NCBI GenBank assembly: GCA_973895155.1 | Contig: OZ316891.1 | Coordinates: 17,420,095-17,484,094, forward strand | Source: Marsupella aquatica | Lineage: Eukaryota; Plantae; Marchantiophyta | DNA length: 64,000 nt | Direction: 5' to 3' | Shown: piece by piece, positions 36,700 to 48,900 of the stretch | Position numbering within the stretch: the first letter of the stretch is position 1 | Layout: each line of letters opens with the position of its first letter | The notes under the pieces: model-generated | Databases searched by the model: none | What the model was told of the DNA's origin: nothing | Seen by the model: only the letters and a program-made list of their open reading frames with translations | Position numbers and translations under genes: made by a program

Positions 36700-39600
36700 A
36701 CTCTGTGCTTTCATCTTTTACCACTGACACTCTGCCCCACTCTGTTCTTTCGTCCCTTATCATTGGCACTTTTCCTTTTTTAGCATCCCTATAGATTTAC
36801 TTTTTGGGCAATCCAGTGCAGTAAGATTCCTGTCCACAGCTATGGCGCGGGCTCAACAGGTACCAATCTTCTCATATTGATTTTTTTTATTTCATGAATA
36901 ACTTAGTCTAGCCCAAAACTGATATATATATGTCTCCCCGTTACCACCTGGGCATCTTGGTAACGAAAACATATAGCATGAATTAGTCAATTATTTGGCT
37001 TGATTCACCCTAGGGACGGAGGGTGAATGATGAACCTGGGGCATGCAATGTAGTCATGTCAACTACATGTCAGGTATGGTTGATGGTCTACTTTTGTCTG
37101 TAAGACAAACAGATTTAATGCACCGGTAGTCTATGCAAATAGCTCTGCTTAGAGCTAGATGCCGGTTCTAATAACCTATATATGTTGGATACTGACCTTG
37201 CTAATTATTTTTTTCTGTTCTTAACACTGCAGCAATTTACTCTTGTCCATACCACCATACTAGTATCTCCAAAATTGTTTCTTGCTGACTTGATAGAGTA
37301 ATTATTCTTGCTATACCCGTGGCGCTAAGATTTATCTACCTAATATACTGAAAAGAGTTTTTTTATATATGTAACAATTCGTCGGTATTTTTTACACTTG
37401 TTATTTCTGTCACTTGTTATTTATGTCACGTGTTCTACTCTGTATCTCCAATAGTAGACCCTGCCACTACTCTATGACTAAGCTATCTGGATACACATCA
37501 TTTTAGTGGATTGATCACTTTATGAGTACTGACATTTTGATATCTACAATCTCGTCAGATCTTTTCATTCTATTTCTTTTGACTTTACCATTTGTCACCG
37601 GCAATGTATGAAGTTTTTGACTTGGACTATAAGGTGAAATGCATATTTACCTAAGACTCTTCCTAGATCCTACTCTAGGACCATGACATGCGGTATGTGT
37701 GGACAAAGTAGCATCTTGAAGTGGCCTTGATTGGGTGTTTTTTCGCTACTTTATAAACATCTCTCTCTCTCTCTCTCTGGATAGGAGATATACCCAAGAT
37801 AATTATTTTTCAGACATTTGTAAACTTCCAATAAAGTGTTAAACTATTCACAGGAAAACACCATGTATAATGATTGATCATATAAAGAAATATGTAGACA
37901 ACAAATGTCTACGTATTTACAACTCCTCTTATACCCTAATATAAAAATACCTCCATCCATCGCCCCTTTTTATAACCTAGATCTGACGGTCCCTATCATT
38001 CCCATACACTTTCATAATAATAACCTAAAAAATACCTCTGGCTACGGCAGTTTTTTGTGATGCCTTTCACATCACCCCAACATTATAAACAGCAACAGTA
38101 TCTTTACTTTGGATCTGACGAGGCACCCTGACAGCTCTTCCTTTCATAAACATTCTCTCTGTCTTGTAGTTTTTGGTCTTGATCTTGCAGAGCATCTACA
38201 TGCAAGTTTTATTGTTCCTAGTCTCTTTTGCATATCCACGCTCCCTAGCATGTTGTCTTGTACATTTTGTGGCTATTTTTAACACACTTGTTCTAAACAA
38301 CACTCTAGCTACTTCAACAACATTCCTGTGGCTCACATGGTACGAGCACGATATGTGACTATTCTGAATTTTCTTTACCCCATGTATTGCTCCATTTGTT
38401 AGGGTAGCCCCTAGCTGAGACATGTCTCCCCATTACCACCCGAGCAAATGGTAGAAATGTGTTGCATAAACTAGTACATTTGCTTACTAGTTTTGCCCCA
38501 TGCATGGGGGCTAAATGCCCGGCTGAATGACGACCATGTGGGTAGCAATATAGCTCTTATGTCTGTTGTGTTTCAACTATGGTTGATGGTCCACTTCTAT
38601 TTGGATGACATACCAATATGAAGCACCGCTAGTTTGATATACTATTCTATCATGAGTAGGATGCTTGCTGTAAAATAGTTTCTTTGACTAACTATGCTAA
38701 TGTGGATGATTGTGATATTGATAATATTGTTGATGCAGCGTCTGTGTTAATCCTGTCATACCCTGTATACCTTAGCAATAAATAGTATCCATCATATTCT
38801 TCTAAGTTTGATAATGCTACATTTTGTTTGACATATTCACTGTGTATCCTCACTTGGTTCGAATCCTATCATCAATTTCTCTAAAACTTTAAACTTTATA
38901 TGCATAAGAATCTAGAAGTTTTTTACTTTTCTTACTTTTTATTCTCCATTTTATTATTCTTTCTTGTCCTCATTATAACCTACACCAGCGTCACTACTTT
39001 TCAGGCCTGAGTTGTCCAATAGAATATTGTATCATGCTTGATCTTTTTTCCTGGCTCCACCATGTGCCATAGATACTGTGAAGCTTTCCGTGCAAGATTG
39101 ATTTGGTGAATGACATATGAAAAGACTACCCCTCAACCCTACTGTATTACTTGATCATGTGTGTTGTATGGACACAGTGGTATCTTGACAATGGCCTTGA
39201 TTGGGTATCTTTCCTTATGTGATATCTCTCTAGTATGGACTGGACATTATTAAAATGATTGTAGAAGGGCATTTGATTCTAGCACACCTCAACATAAAAC
39301 ATTTTGTACCCACTACTATGTATTAAACCTTTTATGGTATATATAAGATATATAATACACGGGTAATATTTCAATTATACACCACGACTACTGTATTGCA
39401 TGAGCTATTGTATATTGCCACCTCACCTCATGAGCAGCCACCATACTAACGGCTACCCTAAAAAAGTAATGCGCCCTTTTTGAGTTTCCCTTCACTGGTG
39501 GCAGGTTATACTCTCTACTCAAGCTTGTATATTTTGGCTTCATTAGATGATTTTTTCCACAACTTCTTTCTCCTGCTCCATCTTTAATTCTTGATCTCAA

Positions 39601-41262
39601 TTTGTATGCCACTATTTGCTCCTTAGTCTTTCACCTTATTCCCCCCATCCAATGTTGCACAATTTTGTGGGATACATCTTTCTCTCGAGTACTTTGGCGA
39701 GACTGTTAGGTATTTACTCAAGGTCTAGGGTTACAACATGTAATTGTAGTTAGGCTAACCATATTTGGAGAGTGACGTGGTTAGGTTAAGTAGGATGCAC
39801 ACTATATGCCAAATGGTGTTTGCTTGGATAAGTGGAACTTAGGCTCATTGTTATGGAGCCACTTGAGAGATGAGGAGAGCTTACACGTACTGTGGAGACT
39901 TGGTTTAGCCGACGGACTTAGAGTTCAGTAAAGCTCTCTTGTGTGTTCCCGTGGACGTAACCTCGAGGAGGTGAACCATGTATCTCTTGTGTTGACTACT
40001 TGCACGTTGGATGTATCATGTGCTTACCGTTGCAATTGTCATCTATGTTCAACAGGGACCATATGATCCTAGTAGTCAGGGTAGACACACAAGGTCTGCA
40101 CAAAGGGTGACACCATTCACTTCCATTGTACTACATCAACAATTGTAGAATAGAGCACCATGGCACAGGCTCCATAGGTACGTGATCTGAACTACTGATT
40201 TCTTGGCTCAACTTATTATTTGTTTAGCTTAGTCAAGATCAATTCTAGTCAGAGGATAAACAAATTTCTCCCCTTTGCCGTCGGGGCTACTAGCAACAGA
40301 AGCGTGTAACTAGAATCAATGTTAAGCACATGATTCACCTCAAAGAGGAGGGCTGAAAGACGACTTTGAGGATCATGTAGTATGGTCAGATTTGAACCAT
40401 ACTTTTATCGGATAATGGTCCACTTCATCCTGCTAGAATCACAATATTGATGTATTGCATTGATTTTACATTTAAACCACTTAAATGTACTCTCTGATAC
40501 CGTTAAGTCTGTACTAATTATGACTAATAGAGGTTGCCGCTATGCTGCGATAAGTCCAACTCACCATTTAGAGGTTTACTACATACAAAAATCTCTAAAT
40601 GCATAGTCAAATAAAATGTGTGGCCCCAATTTTTTGTCATGACCTGGATGTGCACATCATTGCCAACTTGTTGTGAGATTTGATCAACTCCATAAACAAC
40701 ACTTTGTGATTCTACGCCAACAAAAGTGGACTCTATTTTGTATGCAACTGGATACGTAGAAAACCTTGCATCTACACACTGCAGCATCTACTTGCATGTA
40801 GTTCTATTATTGGCTGTAGTTCTTTTGTCCTCATGCACTGTCACTCTGTCCTATGTCCTTTAGCATATTAGGCCTTGTAGCAAATCTGATTGTTCCAGCA
40901 CACAAAACACATATATGACGTTTGCTCAACAGGTATTGATCCTTTCACTTTTTTTCTTTCTTTTTTTAGGTCTAAAATATATGTCAATAATGACATAGGC
41001 TAGCCTTAAACTAATATATATATATATATGTATTCCTATTACTACCTAGACATGTAGCTTGAATTGGTTTTTTGATTGACTTGATTCACCCCATGGACGG
41101 GGGTTGAATGATGACCTTGGGGCATGCAATGTAGTCTTGTCAACTACATTTTAGTTTTGGTTGATGGTCCACTTCAGTCTGTAAAGCATGCAGATGTGAT
41201 GCACCAATAGTTTTTGCAATTAGCTCTGTTGAGAGCTTGATGTTGGCTATAAAAGATTGTCT
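36700..41262 (+). repeat. Three decayed same-orientation copies of an unknown ~0.5-1 kb sequence (~36700-37745, ~38420-39215, ~40835-41262)
   Basis: Shared blocks: TGTCTCCCC(G/A)TTACCACC; TGAATGA(T/C)GA; TGGTTGATGGTC(T/C)ACTT at 37077, 38580 and 41158; TGGCCTTGATTGGGT at ~37722 and ~39192. Confidence 0.75.
39704..40054 (+). mobile_element. Solo LTR (probably Copia-type), 351 bp, near-perfect 5-bp TSD GAGAC/GGGAC
   Basis: TGTTAGG...TCAACA termini. Contains CCCGTGGACGTA...GAACCATGTA, a motif recalled from plant Copia LTR U5 regions. Reverse-complement homologue of 58586-58898. Confidence 0.85.
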
Positions 41263-44200
41263 CAGATTGATACTACCCATATACCCCCAACATAGATAAA
41301 ATGCATGGAAAGTGGGGAGCGACCCCAACTTGGTACCACCTATCCCAGAGATAGGGTTTGAAGCCGCTAGGGTAATGTAGCAGTAGCGGTGCATAGGTCG
41401 CTATGGTCACACAACGGAATCTAAATAAACGCTACCTAAGGTCGAAAGCAAAAATCATACACTTGTGACTTTTTGGAAACAGAGTAACATCAGAGCTGAA
41501 ACAACTCACACACGTACATAGGGAGCACTGCCATCCACATAGCACAGAGACTGGCAGACAAGGATTTATGTTTCAACATCATCGTAGCAAGGCACACACA
41601 CACACACACTTGTGGAGGGGACAAGGTCCAACTTTTGCTCGTGAATAGATAAGGATTTGTGGGCCCTATGTGTAAGATAAAGAGCACACCCAACCACTAG
41701 GTGCTCTGTCATGTTCCTTTAATATGCTACCTTAGTTTTTTTATAAGTTTATATGATCCAAAGGCAAGTCCAAAGGAGGAATCTTTGCTATATGCCATAC
41801 ATTTCATTTTGTAAGGGCTCGACTCCCTTTTCCCCAGCCCAGGTCTCCTTGTAGCAGTCCGAACACCGCTACAAAATCCTAGGACATAAAAAGATACTCT
41901 CTTTGACATTTTTTCCATCCGATGATGGGGGCTGAATGAAGGCACTGGATTAGTGGTTTACTTTTGTCTTATAATCCTTAGGGATTAGTTATGGTCCATG
42001 CTCGACAGGTCACAAACTGCTTGTCAGAGGCACATTGTTGGTCCTTATGGAGTCAATGTGTTGGTTACACATTTGATGAGGTCATACATCGAAAAAAGAA
42101 GCTAGATAATAGGTGAATGACAATATGTATGGACCATATATATGTATATTGTATGAGCACAAAGATATTTGTATGTAACAAAGACAAATCAAGGAAGATT
42201 TTGAGAACAAATATGTTGACGGTGGAATTTGTATGTGTATGTAATGGAATATCTATAGGGAACCAACATATGAATAGGCATGATGTGCAACAAAGTAACA
42301 CTTGGACCTAACTGTATGTTAGGATGTGATATCTATTGTGATATATATATTATTTGATCTCTCCCTCTCTCTCTCTCTCACACACACACCAAGTTTCTCA
42401 ACTACTAAGTGTTCTCTCCCCGGTTCTCTCTCCATGGGATCAAAGAGGGTAAGTTATCATTCATGAAGAGTCTATTCGTTAACCTAGCCAAGGTTGAGTC
42501 AAACCCTAGCAAATAACTCCCTCTCACTTTTAGAGCACCTCAAATATGTACTCTATGTCCTTAGGTCCCAAGAGCTTCTTAAAGTCAATTGCACGGGTTG
42601 TTGAACATAACCATAGCAAGTGTAAGCACAGGATCACACATAACATGCAACCTCAACAACTACATCACAAAGTTTATTTGTTTTTGCCTCACCTTGACAT
42701 ATTCATCTCTCCTTAACATCTCTACCTTAACATCATGATACCTCAAGCCCTCATCCACAATTCAACTGGACAAGTGCATGCAACTACTTTATGGAATTGT
42801 TGGCTGCACTTATCAATAAATGCTCTTTTTGTATAAATTGCTGCAATTGATAAATGGATTCTCATAGACAAAATGCAGACTTTTCACATTTTTTGTGTAT
42901 GGAGGGGACCTGAGCTTAATATGCAAACTGTTTGGTGCATTTACAAAGGAAATCATTGTAACATTGATAAACTACATGCCAACCTGAGCTTGAACCCCGA
43001 GATGCTTACACATGCTGCACTTGTGCATGGTGGACTGTATTGAAAAGCCTTAGGCTAACTCTCAGTGTTGACTGGACTATTTGAGATCACAGGGCAACTC
43101 AAAGCTATGCAAGTTGAACCTGGGCAGGGACAACACACTGCAAACAAGCCACCAACTAGTCCTACTGAACTCGTTTCATTTGTTGCACTGTCTTGTTCTA
43201 TACACATGTTCAAAAACTTGAGAACCTTGTTCAAAGTTTAAAAACTCAACAAACCTGACAGTTGCACGTTAGAGATTTGATGATAAACATTGGTTTTCAT
43301 ATTGTTTTCAATTGATTTTTCTCGACTTTCATATTCTTTCAAATTATCCTCCAAATGCTAATAATTGTTAGAATATTCCTTAACTTATTCATCCTAACTC
43401 TGTTTGATTTGCTTAGAAAATATTTGGAACAAAGATCAGACCTATGAATGAAAGATTATTCAAAAAAATTCTTGTCTTAAGATGGTTGAAAGATGTGTAA
43501 AGTTAATTTAAAGAAATCTGATATATACTTTCAAATTGTGCAATCTGCATTCTCATTAATATGATTGGAGTCTCCTTGCTTTGCCTATGGCTTCTCTTGA
43601 CTCAACAAGACAATTCAGTGATGGTTCTAGCTATCAAGACATGATGAGGGAGTTGGGTCTTACCACATGACATGATTCTGCGACTGTCCCACATTGGGGT
43701 AATGTATTATTATTGATACACACTTTATGTCAAAACAACAAAAGAGGGTAACATGAAGGAGGAAAATATTAGGGTTGGGACAAAGTTTCCTTTGACCATG
43801 AATGCTTCTTTACAGCAAGATATACAAGGATCTTGTTAGACTAGGTATTTACTCCTTATCAACTCAACCCAATAACCGTATATGGAAAATGGTATTCAGT
43901 CCCCAACCAGCCACATTTCAACTTAGAACACACTTAGTTCTCAGATTCACTCATTTTTCTCTAACCAAATCCAAAGTCTTGAGGGATCTCCCTGCTTGGA
44001 AGTGGTTACATAGTTTTTGAGCCCAATTGTCCATGATAATGAGCTCATCATCTCCAAGATTTGATATTTCACAATCAAATTGTAACTCAAGATCTAAGTC
44101 TAAATGAAACTTCTCATTTTGCTAGTGTATTTCAATGATCCAGAATTAAAGGAATTTTCCAAAGTATCTTAGGGCTAAATATCAGAAACTTGGGGGATTC

Positions 44201-44629
44201 CTACAGAAGACACGGGCACTTAAGAACATTCTGTTTTATATATATGAGGTACACTTTACGTAACCAAGGTGGCACTTTGAGCCTGAGCACAGAGATGTCC
44301 AGGTCCAGACCAAAGGTAGTGGGAGTTTGAGCTAAACTACAATATGTATGTCGTAAAGCTTTTTCTGAGTGCTTTCCAGGTATTATGGACACTTATATAT
44401 TATCATAGCCCCTCAAAACTTGAGCTATAGCCCTCATATTTAGGGGCATTGGCCCACAATGTTAGCTTACCAGGGCATCACTATCTAAGAACATCTGCAC
44501 AATCTTACTGATAGTTGTCAATGCAAAGCTACCTTGAAAGCCTACTGTCTAGAGTGAAGACTCTAGACCTTAACTTCTGAAGCATAATTGAAAGTGAGGG
44601 TGGACACAAAAAAGAAAAGAAAGGAGAGT

Positions 44630-44960
44630 TGAAGCTGAAACATCAAGAGGTCCCAGGTTCAATCCCCTTTCCACATGCAAGGGTTGTGGAGGGTGAGTGA
44701 GTGAGTGAATGAGTGAATGAGTGTGTGTATGTGGGTGGGGTGTACTGGTGAGAGTCTTGGTTTCTCCTTAACCCCTGGCTAGTCCGCTTTGGGGCTCTGG
44801 TCCAACCCTCTCTCCCTCCTGGTATTGGGTATGATTCCCCTTGTGGGCTATCTTAGAGAGGTGCGGGTATGACTCCCCTTGTGGGCTACCCTAGAGAGGT
44901 GCATGCTCCGAAGTTGATTGTCTATTGGATGGGTCAGCTTTAGGTATTCAAGACAAAAAA
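44630..44960 (+). mobile_element. Possible 5'-truncated tRNA-derived SINE
   Basis: tRNA T-arm/B-box-like GAGGTCCCAGGTTCAATCCCC at 44647-44667, followed by a (GAGT)n/GT tract, an internal ~38-bp duplication GGGTATGA(T/C)TCCCCTTGTGGGCTA..TAGAGAGGTGC and a short A-tail. No A-box or TSD found. Confidence 0.35.
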
Positions 44961-45994
44961 TAACCAGTGATTCTTTTTGTCAAGGTATTTTTTGGTCCTC
45001 ATTGCTATTTGGGCTCCACGAATGGACTTATGGAACCTTTCGCGAATCACTCCTCCAATAAGGTAGGAAAGTGATTCGAAACCCTCTTTCCTACCTTAGA
45101 GCAGTGAGGGCGAGGGCCAGAGCGGGGGCGAGGGCGGGCCTTATGGAACCGCCGCGTGCACGCAGTGGTCAAAATCCCTCATGGCGAAGCGCCAGAGAGC
45201 GTTGAGAAATGAAAGTCGCGAAGAGACAGAGCCGACTTTTCGAGTATCTGGTTCATTTCTGCGCATCTCTTGTCGTGCTCGACGATATTGACTCCGGAAG
45301 ACTCTCGTGTTTCTCTCTCGTCTCTCTACTGCTGTACTCTTTCGGTCTCTGCCACTCGTGGAGATCCCATTTTGCTGCTGTGGTTCCTCTGTTTTCTGAT
45401 CGTAGCTCTCCCCCACTCCGTCCTCCCTTTAATGTGTGACGACATGACAGGCGACTGGAAGACGTGGAGCTCGGTCGATTTGGGATGGCACAGCTCTGGA
45501 TCGAGCAACCTGTGCATCGACCTTGTTCTGAGCTCAGGATTCGATTTGAGTGAAGGGCACGAGGACGGAAATTGACGTGACAGATTTGCGATTCGGGAAG
45601 AGGATCGATTTGTTAAAGGTGAATTGAAGATTCGGTGTGCGTTTGTCTATCAGGAGCGGATTTACCGAGATCTGGAGCGAGCCGTCGATTTGATTTTCGT
45701 CAGAATTTCTGACGGCTTAGTCCTTGTGGTGCGAAGCACAGAGTACCATGCTGACCAAAATTAGTGAGGTGGTAGTGAATTAGGGTTATCGCCGTAGGGT
45801 TGGGAGTATGCTGTGCGCAAGAAGTGTAGGATTTCTTCCGGAAGGGTTTGGATCTTGCCGCGATGACGTCATTTTCTAGCGGAGCTGCCGAATTCAACCT
45901 GGCGCCACCAGAGCTGAGAGGCAGCACGTGAAAAACGTTGAAACGTTGTTCTGGGATGCAGGTAACACGATACAACTGATAGGCAGGCATAATC

Positions 45995-48900
45995 ATGGAG
46001 AACATGGAGGGGGCGGGATTCACGCTGGCTCAAACCTTGCAACAGCAAATGAGCCCAGTGGTTATGGTCTTGTCCACTCCCAAAGCTGAGGAATCAAGCC
46101 ACAGCAATGGCCTTTCTTTCGTGGATTTGTTTCGGCCATTCTGCAGTCTCGGCAACATTAATGGTACGAATCTGATCCTGTTCGTCCAAATCCGTCCTTA
46201 AATCGTTAGCATTTGCGATGTGCCCACTCCTCAATTATTTATCGAAATGCAAGGCAGTTCAATTGGAGGGTGTTAGGGCCCAGCCACCCTTCATTGCATA
46301 ATGCTATCCTCAGCTTGTGTAGCAACTTTAGAGCTCAATATTTGAGATGCTGTGGCTAGATATGGAAGTTTAAAATTTCTCAAAAGACATATTATGATGT
46401 TTTTCATGACATCTTAATATGTCTGGTCATGAAAAACTGAAAACAAAGGTTTTCATGACCCGAGTACAGTTTGCATCTGCTTAATTCATTCCAAAGAAAT
46501 TGGTACAAGTCACAGTGACTAAGGCTAAGGGATGTTTTCAGCGAACATCTAAATTCGGAGTATCTAATGAGATCCACAATTTGGAATTGCGAAATCGTCC
46601 TCGCAAGGAGAGTGCTTTAATTCTGAGTGGCTCTCTCGGTGGATATAATTGACTGCCTCGGCCTAAACTAGTGCATCAATTTGTTTTTGAGTCTTCCTGC
46701 ATGCTCATGACTTTTCACTCGGGAGTATTGTACGATGCAGTCCCCGTGCGTACTGCAAGTGAGCAGCCTTACAGGTTGACAGAATTCAACATCAGAATGT
46801 TTTACGCTTCTGAGATGTGCCAGCCACGGCCTGAGGTAGGAATCTACTGTTGTGGGTATGAAAGGCAGAAGAGCTGCTTTGAAGGTTGCTTACTCTTAAC
46901 CATTGCTTTGGTATAACCCTGACATGGCTTGAATGACTGAAAAGAACCTCTCCTATAAATGCAGAATTCCTTAGTTTTGGCAGCAATCCACACATTGAAT
47001 TTAATATGCAGGGAGAATGGTACTGAAGTTATTTTACTATTTGTTCTTACAGACAGCGGAGGAGTTTTTATTACAAGTGGTCAATGATAGCAATGATGAA
47101 GTATCGGCTGAACTGGACGGCAAGGCTCAGGAAGCTGAGTTGACGAACTTGAGTGAGTATATTTATTGTTAAGGACTTCGTCAAGAAGACCAGATCTCTA
47201 AAAGTAGGACTAAATCTTTACCTACTATTGATGTTGTTTCTCAATGCTCTCGTTTTTGAGTATGTCTCGTCTTTCGCCTTCTTTCTGGAAGCTGAGATCA
47301 GTGCCTGTCGACCAGTTGCAGAAGCTGACTCGAGAGCCCCAGCATTCAAGAAGTATAGCAGGGAATTCATGCGAACCCTGGCATTTTCGGAGCATGAAGC
47401 ATTTGACCACCCGGTTGCTTGTAAGTGCCTTTTGCCCCGGGCTTCTCATTCCCCGTCTCATTCTTGTGAAGTCCTCATGAATTGTGAAGTCCTGCCCTTA
47501 TCACAGGAATACAAATAAATGTGGGACCGGCCACTAGACGTCAGGTTGTCTCCCTTGATTTGATTCATCACTTGAAATTCGCGGATCCGTCTACTATATG
47601 TTATAACTTGTTCTTAGTCATTGTGTTGCATGTAAATACAACCACCCACTCTCTGTATCACTCTCTGTTCCACCTTCTGTTTCTTACTGCCGGCTTGCTG
47701 ATAAGTATCAGATCTCCGTGCTCTGTGATTAACCAGGTATTCTGGTGGTTTCATCCAGTGACGTCAATCCTGTCAACAAGTTCGTAGATCTTTACAATTC
47801 TGATCAGCTGCCAGCACTAATGAATGAAGGGGCGATTGACCCCAAAATATTGAAGTTATATGTGATGCTTCATGATAATCAAGAGGGCCCTGTGGATAAG
47901 TAGGTGTACTACCTTCATCTTATTTCCGTTTGGAATTACCATTCATATTGAGAAAGTGTTTTATAGCTGAATTTCTTTCGCAAAGGCCTCACAGTTCCTC
48001 TAACTGAAATGAATGTCTGGTCATGTCACAATTTGTCAGGGCTAATGAGCTTCTATTAGAGATGAGGAGCGTCTTCGGAGTTAACAATTGCAGAGTTTTG
48101 TGCATTAACTCAGCGTTACCAGATTCGCGTGAAGCAGCATCTCAAGCAGCTGATGATATGTGGGAGCCTTACTTGTTGCGTCCTATTATTCCTGTAGCCG
48201 TCTTTGAGAAAGACGAGGTGGTAAGTCAGTAGCTGTGTTCCATCCCGAGTTCCTTCGCCTACGATTGCTCAATTATCTGTCAGTTTGGTCACAATCTTGG
48301 CCAGGTGATCCCTACTTTGCTCTGTACAGATGGGTACCAGTACTCACAATCTTTCCTAGTACAACCTTAGATGTCAAGCTTCGATACTAGAGGCAAGATG
48401 GAAATAACGGGCGTACTCTTTATTGTATGTGTACTTGATAAGAAAATTATTGTTGGATCTGTAGGTGAACAATGAAAAGAAGGGTAGGAGGGGCTGCTAC
48501 ATAAACACAATTGATATGGAAGAGGTATTTCCAAACTCAGGCGAAAGCCCACTGATGCGCGATGGCTTTCTACAATGGTTGTACATGTGTTTCCCTTGAT
48601 GGCCAGGGAGTATGATTTTGTTACCAATTAGATAGATAGGAGACCTTCTAAGGCAGTTGAAGTTTGAGTGGGTCAGTTAGATTTTGTGAATGTTGGGAAA
48701 TAGTTTTGAATATTTATAAAAGATATGTACGCGTCGAAATGGTCATTAAACTGCACATGTGCCTTTTGTCTGCAGTTGACGGACTTTGTGCTTGACATAT
48801 CAGTGAAACATATAATACCAAGTATGGAAGTGAAGATTCGAACTCTTTATCAGCAGGTGACTCTAGTTATTGAATGGATCACGAGATGTAGCTATTGGAA

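Noticed and set aside
38856-38866. tRNA gene suggested by GGTTCGAATCC
   Set aside because: No A-box, acceptor stem or cloverleaf in the flanks.
42059-42732. Fourth solo LTR (TGTTGG start, TATA and CT/CA tract, several TAACA/CAACA ends)
   Set aside because: LTR-like composition, but no candidate end gives a matching TSD, so the boundaries cannot be supported.
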